DNA of 64,000 bases from Ruditapes philippinarum. Taxonomy: Eukaryota. Position 1 is the first letter of the stretch, and each line of letters opens with the position of its first letter. The translations under genes and the position numbers were made by a program. The notes below the pieces were generated by a model. That model saw nothing but the letters and a program-made list of their open reading frames with translations, was not told the DNA's origin and searched no databases. Shown piece after piece: positions 51,287 to 62,159 of this stretch. The stretch lies in contig NW_026853749.1 in the NCBI RefSeq assembly GCF_026571515.1, positions 1-64,000 on the forward strand. Direction: 5' to 3'.

Positions 51287-52144
51287 CATCTACATCTACA
51301 TGTTACTCCCGAACAACCAATTCTGACTATGACTGGGAGGCGCTTGTCAGGAAAACTGTGTTAAAAGTATTAGGTGCATACTAAAAGATAAAGATCACAG
51401 ATAAAAAAAAAAAAAAAAAAAAGAAAGAGTGCAAGATTAAAAACATACTTGGGGTGGGGACTAGAAGGTAACTGTCGCCAACCTATCCTTGAAGGCATCT
51501 AGGTTGGAACTGGATTTGACCTGATACGGAAGGCTATTCCAATACCTGAGAGTTCTAGGGAAGTAGGAATTTAGATGATATTGGGTACGGGACTGGGGGA
51601 TCAGGAAGTTCAGATTTCTAGTTGGGGTCAGATGGTTATGGTCAACATATACAAGTTTGTATTGGATTTTATAGAACACTACAAGAGAGGACTGGAGTCT
51701 GCGGCTTTCTAGGGAAGGCCACCCAAGTTCATTTAGCATTTGGGTTACACTACTGTCGAAATTATAATTATTACAGACATATCTAGCCACAGCTCGTTGG
51801 ACACTTTCAATCTTATGACTTAAATGTTTCTGCCAGGGGTGCCATATGGTGGAACGGTATTCTAATTGCGGTCGAACATAAGTAACATAGGCTGATGTTT
51901 TGAGTTGCCTGTTTTGGATTTTGACGTTTCTCTGGATGAATCTTAGAGAATTTTTGGCCTTGGAGGTGATGTTATTAATATGCTGTGTCCAGTTAAGGTC
52001 TTTAGAGATAGTAACTCCAAGGTACTTTGCAGATTCTGCTGATTTGAGAGTTTTATTATGGAGGGTGTATGGAAAGATGGTGGGGCTCTTTTTACGGGTG
52101 ATCCTCAGCATCTCACACTTGTATCCAAACATTTGATGCCGCAA
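51287..52144 (-). mobile_element. 5'-truncated LINE (CR1/L2-like clade): ORF2 C-terminus plus 3' UTR
   Basis: ORF 52144-51461 contains KYLGVTISKDLNWTQHINNI, YVRPQLEY, IESVQR, LGWPSLESRR and SYFPRTLRYWNSLP. 3' tail of (ATGTAG)n repeats at 51287-51301. Confidence 0.9.
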
Positions 52145-52314
52145 CAGATGAAAGAAACAAACGTTTAAAAGTCACACGTATTTTTTGTCTAGAACAAATA
52201 TGTAAGCGACAAAAAAAACCCATATTTGTTAATAATATTCCTGCAAAATTATTTTGTTAAAAATTTAGAAAAATATTCCCTCGCGAAAACTTGTGACAAT
52301 ATGAAATAAGTCAC

Positions 52315-52589
52315 CTTTCACATATATTATCAAAATGACAAATACACCTATCGATGTTCTATATATTCTTCTTCAAACAGTTTTAATATTTTCACCTATT
52401 ATATGGAAGTTTCTTTAGAATCTTACTTTAAAAATGGAAATTGTTAGACGCCAAATTCACCGGAAGTGAGTGAATAACGGATACTTTCGGTGTTTATCCA
52501 CCAATTTCATGAAAGTAAACAAACTGAATTTTGGGTGAAAATGTTGATTTTTAGTAAGTAATCGACGTCAGATAGATGTTACTTTTGCT
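52315..52589. promoter_or_regulatory. Putative bidirectional promoter and 5' UTR region shared by VPS72 and SZT2
   Basis: ETS/GABPA-type CCGGAAGTG at 52460-52468 and CRE-like GACGTCA at 52564-52570. Candidate VPS72 non-coding-exon donor (minus GTGA, 52311-52314); SZT2 ATG at 52590. Confidence 0.55.
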
Positions 52590-55500
52590 ATGGAGGGAGC
52601 AGAGAACAGAGTAAGTTAAGTGGTATCTTTAGTTTTACGCCAAACTGCATGTCATTTATAGAAAAACAAGTATAAAATGATCATGAAGGTAATGCATGAT
52701 CAAAAAGGTCTATGCCCTATGTCTATAAACTGGTATATGTTTCAGTTTTACTGCTTACTCTATTTATTTTCTTTATTGGATCTTTGTTGATTGAAGAGCA
52801 GACTAAATGCATATATAAATAAATGAAAACTTCCAATTTCACATCTGTACAAATGTTACTCTTCAACTGTACCACTTAAGTCTCAATATTTCAACTGCAA
52901 GACAGACCGAATTATAATCTGATATTTCATAGATTTCTGTCTTTACGTCTCAACCAGTTACTATCAAACCCGTGTCGGAATCAAGCTGAGCAAAATTTCA
53001 AATTTTTCACTGCAACATGAAAATTTTCACACTGGCATGCACATTTGTTGTTATAAACCATACATTGTCCTTTAAAGAATCACAAAATGACAAAAATAAT
53101 TTAAATTACCAAAAAAACTTTAAAATGGTATCTGTCGCTGAAATGTAAACAGCGAACGTGATAACCAATGAAAACGTTTGTTTTCATTTAAACATATTAG
53201 TACACCACTGGTGATGAATATATACTTCAAAATTATATTCTCGTACCATAATGTCGCCGGAAAAATCACATAGTTTTAACAGCGAAAACCTGCAAGATCC
53301 CTCCGACAAAATTCCAGGACAAGAATTAATTGACATCAAAACATTTAAATATTTGTAAAAGAAAATTAAAGCATGGTCCAAAGTTTCTAGTATTCGTTTA
53401 CCCGGTTGTGATCTAATTCAAGATATTTTCTAATCATATTGAATAGAAAAAACAAATTAAAAACAAGCGCCATCAAAGTGCACTTTTTCCCTATTCCTTC
53501 CGATACAACTAGAATTGAAGTACCCAATAGTTTAATGAAAGATAGTCATGCAGATCCTTTTGTCCACAGCGTTTAAATTTTGTCCAGAGCAGGGAAATAA
53601 TTATTTCACGCGGAGAAATTAATGACCCCTTGCTTTGTATTTGAATGGTTTTTAAGTTAATTCAATTCTAGCGCAACGTATCGTAAGTTGATAGTCCATC
53701 TGTGATAAAAGTAATGAAATTCAAATCTTGGATACATTAAATGAAAGAGAATTTAAAAGAATAATTTACTAGTTTTTTTTGTAAATATTAAAAACATATG
53801 TATACAACATGACTTACAGTGGAGGATCGTATCGTATCGGGGGGAAAAGACAGATGGTTGTAGTTATTCAGCGCGCAAATTGTTTAGGGCATGGTTTCAG
53901 TTGTGCTTTAAATTATCAACAGAATTTATGAAATATTTTAAAGTGATATTTGCCTGTGAAGTGATTGATGTTTATAATATCTTTCTTCCAGTCTAATTCA
54001 TTTAACCCTTTCCCCCATGAGCATATTGTGAAAAATGGCCGTTTTCACTGAAAAGCCTCCTCACAGTTACAAGTTCAAACTGCTATGAAACTATGAAAAA
54101 TGCTTCAATACTAATCAAACTTGGCACAAATGTTGACTGGACCATTGCCTTTGTAACGACATGCTCAGTCTTAAATTTCCTGTTACCATGGCAACGAGGG
54201 GACATCTCAAAATTGCCAAAAATCACTATTTTGCCTCGATTTTTTCCATCAAAATTTATTTCAAAGTGCTGCAACTTCTCAAGGGATTGAAATAGAGTCA
54301 AAGGCTTTTCAGCGTTGGTTACACGTTACATTATGATCGACTTGGGGTCATTTTTAGCCTCTCACAAGTCCAAAATTTTCTTGGCGAAAACATGTGTTTG
54401 GGGCCCAAATAGGACATTTTTTCACTATTTGAGGCCTAAAAAATGGGGTGGGGGGGGGTCGAAAGTGTGTTGTTTCGCGTATATATGAGGTAAAGGGTTA
54501 AATAAATGAAATTGGAAAATTATAAATAAAAAAATCGCCGAAAAATCGTATTTTACAGCTCTTGAAAGATAAGCAAAGTAAATGTAAAATTTCTCCGCAT
54601 AATCTTCGTTTACAACAAAAACTGGAAAAAAAAACTCTGCTATTTATAACACAATAGAACTTATACCTTGGTTTTCTTACATATATGCGGAAAATGATCA
54701 GACATTGATTTAGGGGATATTCCTACGTTATCATGTGAAAGAGTGGATGAAATAACCGATTGCGTTACTGAAAAAAAAATGTATTTCTAAATCACGTTTT
54801 CTTGATATAAGGAAACAATCTTCTAATTTTAAAATGTTTATTATTATCTTCATTTTCCTGTAATGATTTGTAGATTGTGTAAGAAAAGAAATAGATATTA
54901 AACAGCAAACTTGATAAACGAAACATTGGAGGTTGATACACTTTAAGAAATTTATAGTTATTTATCAAGTTTCCACAGTGGTTTGAAATCTTCGTACCAA
55001 TAATAATAATAATAATAGTAATTAAAATAATAATAATAATAATAAAAGGAAAACGTGTATCTTTGCCGGAGATCTCTTATTTTTTAGGCCATCCTTAAAA
55101 AAATGTTTGTTTGCAGTAACCCGACCCAGAATTTTCAAGGTGGGTAGGTAGGTCGATTTTTTTTTTTTTTTTTTTATTGAACTGTACTCCCAAATAAACA
55201 TGGAATTTCAAAATGCTGGACAATATATGCTTTGATAATCTGGTAACAATAAATAAATTGATAACTGAATTCTAATTTAATAAGACCTAAATTTTATTTC
55301 TTCTATTAACCTTTAAAAGAACGAAAACAAGCACAAGGCATAATTTTCTAATTCAAAAAAATTTTTTTTTTATCCAGACCATGAAAAAAAATTTTGAGTA
55401 GGGGCAAATTTTGTGAGTCGGTCGCGTTACTGCAAACAAACATTTTTTTAAGGATGGCCTTAGGGTTGTTTTGTTGTTGTTCTTTTTCTGGTAATACAGA

Positions 55501-58500
55501 ATTGAGTAGCCCCATTCATTATGTTGGTACTTTTTACGAAGTGATGCAGATGTTACAAATAACTAACAAACTTTATAAGAAATATGTATACATTCTTGTC
55601 AGTTTTAATATAATATACATAATTATAGATAATTGCAAAATGACAGTATCAATGCCCAGGACGTGTGTATTAATCTATACTAAACGTTTGAGTTATTGCC
55701 TGGATTCCCTAGCTCCAGATCTTCACTAATTTATTCACTATATAAAGGACTAAATAAAACATTTGCAGACGAAACAACCACAAAACCAGTTTCCATTTGG
55801 CGAGTTAACAATGGCATTCCCACAGTCCATACTGCAAGCTAGTGAGATTAATCGATAAACTACCGTTAGGTAGAGTTTTAGCTGTGTAAAACAAAAAAGT
55901 TGACATGAGTAGGAATTTGTAAGCGTTGTGCATTAAAAACATATAACTTTCTGATCAATTTTCTCTTAAATTGATTCTATTTTGAATAAGCTTTGCAGGT
56001 ATGTAATTTTTTTCAAGAAATGTTGAGTTTAAATATATATTTGAAGCCGTCAAAGTTAGCGACGAGATTCTGGTCGCTGGCACATATACAAAAAAGGAAA
56101 GCTTTAGGGCTTTTTTTATATAGACGATGGTCGCCCTTCGCGCACAATTTGTTGGGCTACTGTACCACTATATAGTGATACTTGGAAATTTCCACAAATT
56201 ATTATTTGGACATCTATGCTCATCAGTTCTCATACTGCTCTAGTATTCTTAAGCAACAGAATTGATTAACTGACAAAAATATGCATCCTTTTGTGATCAC
56301 AAGCTGCTAAGCTTTACCTGTTACATCTTAAACTAACTTAGCCCAACAAATTGTGTGCTTGAGGGCTTTTTGTATTTTCTGATCGAAGATCAGTAAATAC
56401 AAAGCTAACATCACAGAAGTTTCACGACAAACCTAACAACAAGTAGTTCTCAAAACAGCTTAAAATTGGCGATTTAAAAGAAAGAAATATTTTTATTTTG
56501 TTATAAGTATCCAACAAATTACAACGCATTCAAAGTTTAAAAGTAGCGTTGGCTTATAGAATTGTCAATAAATGCACAATCACAAATTACGCGGATGAAT
56601 ATGATTTTAATCAATGAAAATGCGATTTTTAGCGATGCCGATTACCGAATACTACACAAATAAATCTGACTGCTGAGTATTGGAATATATAGGTTCTACA
56701 AGTCGGACTGTTTGGGCGAGAAGATTTTCGCTAAATTATTTACTTCAATTTTAAACAACAGGTTTATCCTGAACAAAATACCTTGAAATTGATAAGGATT
56801 ACAAACCCGAAATGCAATGGAAGTTCTAAATTTAGAATGACTTGATTTTATTCAGGCATCGTTTGCATAACTTCTCCGTGGTGATGGGGTAACGCGCTCG
56901 TTAAGTGTGTAAGAGGTCTGGAGTTCAAATCCCAGTCACGGCAACTTTTTTTAAAATTATTTTTTAAGTGTCTTTGTTAAGGAAGTACCCCATGTAGAAA
57001 GGGATAAAGTGGGGCTTTTCATAAAAAATAAAAAAAATGTTTTTTTTATGCAATTCTATTTATTGCAAATTCCCTTTATGTAAAACTCTGGTGCCTTGTA
57101 AGATAAATTTTGTACATAAGAATAAATTAAAAGGGAAAAATAAAATAAGATTACGTAGATTTAGATTGAAAAGATCAGAAATACCACAGAGCTTGCGGGC
57201 CCTTGTTTAATATAGACATGGTCGCCCTTCGTGCAGAAGAAAATCTATAAAATATAGTTTAAAAATTTGGGGCCGTCTTGCAGTCAAAATATTGAGAAAA
57301 ACAAAACGGCACAAGTCATCTAGGTAAAGAGTAAATTTGGGTCCTATACCAATCGAACGGGTCCCCCTCACCCCACTTTAAAAAAAAACATTAAGCGTGT
57401 AAACTTTTTATGATATTTGCATGTTATGATCAAGGCAAGCTGTTTTAAATGAAAAATAAGAGATATCTGGTATATTATTATATAATTGTACATTGTACTT
57501 CTGCAGAATTAAAGTATATTTAGAGGAAATTCATTATGTTTAATCTTGCCCTATACAAACTCAGCATGGGTTAAGAGAGCCCATATTTTCATCACTTGCT
57601 TTAATAATAAGGCTCTTCTGTTTTCATCAAGCATTTTCAAAATAATGTTCATTACACACAGTAAGAATGGAGATTTACAAATGTTTTTGAGGAATGTTAT
57701 ATTCATATTTGTTAGAATTTTTTTTATACCTTTGTTATATTTGTTTGGCAAAATAATTTTTAAATGGAATTGCCGGTTGAACATAATAAATTTCTGGGCA
57801 TTTTTATCAGTGGCAGAAATAAGGCCTTATTCCCAATTTAAAAAAGAACAATTTATCAACAGCAGCCAAAAATTATCAAACTGTATCTATCTGAGAAAAA
57901 TTGCACTGTTTTAAATTATTATTTAAAAAAAAAATTAACTTTTAAAATTTTCCGAAATGTCAAATAATTTCCCAATTTAATTCAATTATGCAAAGGACCT
58001 TAGTTTAAATTTATAATCTGACATTTATGTAAATGAACATACAAATGGCATTTATAATTATAAGATCGTAGTTAAGTTACCTCATTCTATCTCCAAATCA
58101 AAATGAAATGTTATCTAGCAATAAATATACCAATTATATTCAAAATGTACCTAAATACATGTATTTACCTTTTTTAGTAAGGTGAGTCATCACTTAAATG
58201 TGGGTGAATCTTCAGTTCGGCACATTGTTATACATTACCCCAAATGCTTGTCTAAATGATTTTATTTCTGTAGTAAAGGTAACATTTTATTAATATTTTT
58301 GTATAAATGTTTTTAGAAGATTTTAAGTGTACTAAATGCCACAATGCATAAAAAGCTAATTATGTCATAGATATATTTCATTGGAAACTTTAACAGTACA
58401 CCAGAAATAATAAGATTTTGAAAAACAAAAGTTAAGTAATCTTATTTAGGATTAATGGGCCTTTAATGATTGCTGTTACTTAATTAAATAAAAGTGCAGT

Positions 58501-61500
58501 AACAATTATTTGCTTTGAATTAAACTCATACTGTTCATCAAATGTATTGAGTCCCTGATATTTTTACTGCAATTTTTGGGACAGGTTTGTTTTTGTTTTC
58601 TTTTTTATTTATTTCTTTTATGCTGATTTAAATACATTTTTTTGTCGTTTCTTGGTGGTAGATCTAACAGACTTTCCTGGATAACTAACCAGTGGTAACC
58701 AACCAATTCTTTAGCAAGAAATTGACTGCTAATCATTTGAGAAACAAATGACCTTTAGACTCAGTTGTCACAGAGAAATAATGTGTGGTCTAAGGATCAA
58801 ACCATGGACCCCAGGATTAGCAATCTGATGCTCTCCCTATTGAACTTACTGGGCAGACAGTTTTGAAGAACATTAAAAGACAGCCACAATAAATGTTGAT
58901 TATACATGACTGTATTGTATGAAACTTGTTATTGTTTACAATATGATAAATGGAAAACAGTAAAACAGCAACATGATAAATAGAGAAAAATAAAGCTGTA
59001 AACATTCAAATGTTAATAATTTTGTGTATCATTATTTGAATATTTCAGGCAATTCAGGCACGTGATGTGTATGTGTTGATGAAAAAGGACTACCGAATTT
59101 CCAGAAATATCAGAGCATTATGGTTTTTCCAGCATCTTAATACATCTTTAGATTTTGAACCACAAGAACATCTGGTATGTTAAACTTTACCTCACAAATC
59201 TTTAATTATTGACTTGCAATACTTTTGATTTAGAACTGTTTCTTGGTATTTGAAGGGTTTCAATATCACAAAGCTTGATTTAAGCCCGAAAACAGTAAAA
59301 AGCTTAACCAGGTTGCTTTGCTTGCACATTAGCTGCTTTCAGTATAACCAAATTCTTACATTAATTTACAGAACAACCTTACTCATATCAGAATTGTTCT
59401 GTAAATCTTCTGTATTTTGCAGTTGAAGTTAAACTGTTTAATGCAATCATGATATTAAAAAAACATTGCATCATTTACACAGTTTTATTTACTGCATATT
59501 AAAGATACATGTTCAAATGTATATCAAATAGTTAATATCCTTTCCTTGGAAAACTTTGTAGGAAGATTTTAATGTAGTTTTTATAACTGTATGCAAATAA
59601 AGAAATAATGAATTGTGATTCATGATTATGGAATTAATGTTGTATGTTAAAGACTTTATGAATTGGTTGCAGGTTGACACATCTGATGAGTTACAGGTTG
59701 CCTCTGTCGTGTCTGACGATGGTACACAATGTGTGCTGGGACAGAAATATAGTGTGGCGCTGTTGCCCAGTACCATGGTGACATTTATAGCTCGACGTTA
59801 CAGATTTGTTATTATACTTGATGTCAGTCCGTCTGTCAGCTCAGTGGTATATATCTAACTTTATTACCAGCTCAGTGGTAGATATCTAACTTTATTACCA
59901 GCTCAGTGGTAGATATCTAACTTTATTACCAGCTCAGTGGTATATATCTAACTTTATTACCAGCTCAGTGGTAGATATCTAACTTTATTACCAGCTCAGT
60001 GGTAGATATCTAACTTTATTACCAGCTCAGTGGTAGATATCTAACTTTATTACCAGCTCAGTGGTATATATCTAACTTTATTACCAGCTCAGTGGTAGAT
60101 ATCTAACTTTATTACCAGCTCAGTGGTAGATATCTAACTTTATTACCAGCTCATTGCTTCATTTTTTTCTACTAATATCTAAATTAATGTGTAGTACTTT
60201 TGAAAAGTATGAAATTAAATAAATTGTAATATATATGAAGTTTGTTTAAATCTTTCCAAAGAAAAAACAACAAAAGACAACTAGAGCCAGGAAATCAATT
60301 TAATAATAATTGTTGCTAAAAAATACTTCAACTTAAATAAAAATAAGAAAGAAATAAACTAACAGAATGACAAAACCAACAAAATTGGTTTGTGACCACC
60401 ATGGATCCAGACCAGCCTGAGCATCCGTTCATTATCAGTTTCTCTACTTGTAATAGAGTTGGTAAGCGAACAGCATGGATCCTGATCAGACTGTGCGGAT
60501 GCGCAAGCTGGTCTGGATCCATGCTGGTTGCAAACGCATAACGTTGGTTTTGTCTTGATGCGGCGGCTCAAATAAACTAACAGAATGACAAGCAAACATG
60601 AATTTACCATTATATAGAAAACATAACAAACCTCACAATTACAAAAATTCATTTTAACTAGTAAGGACTAAAAAACTTTTAACCAGCGAAACAAATTTAT
60701 ATATCCAGAGGTCAACTTGATACAGATAAAAGCTTTACCATTTGCAAAATAAGTATATTAAATTACCCTAAATGTTGTTAGCTTTATGGAAGACACCATT
60801 TACAGTTCATTTTGTTTTATTGTACTGTTGGCTCTAAGTTGTAATTGTTAAGATTCTTCATCTAGTTTACAAAATGAATGATAGCAGTTTTGTAACATGT
60901 TCTGAAGGGAACAAAATGTTTTTTTCTACCATGAAAGTTAGGATTGTCTAAATGGTTGAAAGCTTGTGTTACATTAGAGAAAGAAAGAACAACATAAACT
61001 AGATATACTAAATGCAGAATAATTTGAGCTGCGCCATGACAAAACCAACATAATAGGTTTGGGACCAGCATGGATCCAGACCAGCCTGCGCATCCGTGCA
61101 GTCTGATCAGGATCCATGCTGTTCGCTATTAGTTTCTCTACTTGTTATAGGGTTTGTAAGCGAAACAGCATGGATCCTGATCAGACTGGTCTGGATCCAT
61201 GCTGGTGGCAAACGCATTATGTAGGTTTTATCATGTTAAAAATGACATGTTACTTATACATAACAATGTAGTTTATCATTATGTATTTGAAAAATTGAAG
61301 GTAGTCTAAATAAAATATGTGGGTTTTATTTACAGGATACTAGCAATTGTTCTGTACTGTATGAAAAAGTTCACACAACTCTGTCTAACTTTCTGAGAGG
61401 ACTCGTTCTGCCAGTAAGTGCATTTCTTATTATTATGCCCCTTGAAACATGTGAGATTATTTTTTTGCTCTTTTTTTATTTGTCTACAAACAAATTTAAT

Positions 61501-62104
61501 TTGGATGATGATTCCAGGTACTTCATTATATAAGCTAAAAGCCTTCATATTTGTGAACAGCATTCCAAGTTTTGAGGTTTTAAAATATGTTCAAATCCTC
61601 TAAATAACATAAATCTTCAAAATAAAGCTTTTCAAATTTAATTTATCTCCTTTATTTTAATCTGTTCACAGATTTAGGATTAGGTTATATTTAATTTATG
61701 AAAACATCTTGTTTGATACAACTTTTTTTGTGTCAAGAACAGTTTTCAATAAAAAGAAAGTTGTACTTTCTTAAATACTTACAGGTCAGTGTTTTGTTTT
61801 TGTGGTAAATTTGAATTTTTCCCTATTAAAAATAATCCTGTTTTGGAAAGTGGACTTTCCATGTTGATTGCAGTAATTTCATATGAAGATAAAATGTACA
61901 TGAGCAGCTAACAGACTAGCAGACTAGCCTGCTTGTAGGCCTTCTTTGATTGCCACTAGCACACAAAAACATGTAGGAAACATTAATAAGTTGGAAATTT
62001 TTTTTTACCAGTTTCAGATTCCAGGCTCGACAGCAATGCTGAGTCCAGAAATTCACATAACAGTGATAGCTTATACACCTGTCAAAAGTTTTACCTTTAA
62101 TCAG
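52590..62104 (+). CDS. SZT2: KICSTOR complex protein SZT2, 5' part (continues beyond the window)
   Basis: Exons 52590-52610 (MEGAENR, least certain), 59049-59174 ([20 protein letters not shown]), 59673-59846 (LLPSTMVTFIARRYRFVIILDVSPS), 61336-61413 (LSNFLRGLVLP), 62012-62104 (FQIPGS...PEIHITVIAY). All phase 0. Matches the remembered human N-terminus ([48 protein letters not shown]). Confidence 0.93.
54006..54497. mobile_element. Non-autonomous piggyBac-like element (TTAA TSD)
   Basis: TTAA-CCCTTTCCCCCAT...ATGAGGTAAAGGG-TTAA. Confidence 0.8.
55087..55459. mobile_element. PIF/Harbinger (Tourist-like) MITE, 34-bp TIR, TTA TSD
   Basis: TTA-GGCCATCCTTAAAAAAATGTTTGTTTGCAGTAAC...GTTACTGCAAACAAACATTTTTTTAAGGATGGCC-TTA. 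Confidence 0.85.
59837..60153 (+). repeat. 31-bp tandem array (10 full copies + 7 nt) spanning the SZT2 exon 3 splice donor
   Basis: Unit CAGCTCAGTG|GTA(T/G)ATATCTAACTTTATTAC. Confidence 0.97.
60367..60569. mobile_element. Palindromic MITE copy 9 (left terminus missing; 22-bp flanking duplication)
   Basis: ATGACAAAACCAAC...GCGGCTC. Confidence 0.85.
61026..61235. mobile_element. Palindromic MITE copy 10 (right terminus missing)
   Basis: ATTT-GAGCTGCGCCATGACAAAACC...GGTTTTATCATG. Confidence 0.85.
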
Positions 62105-62159
62105 GTACACATATTTTATTTCTTACATGTAATAATTTTTATATCCAATTACTAATGAA

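Noticed and set aside
55394-57914. ORFs of 111 and 122 aa in SZT2 intron 1
   Set aside because: They have non-ATG starts and F/I/L/K-biased AT-rich composition, one begins inside a MITE TIR, and neither has recognisable motifs.
11359-61071. Recurrent ORFs such as [20 protein letters not shown] and [21 protein letters not shown], resembling a multigene peptide family
   Set aside because: All are translations of the palindromic MITE on either strand, with variable frames and no gene context.
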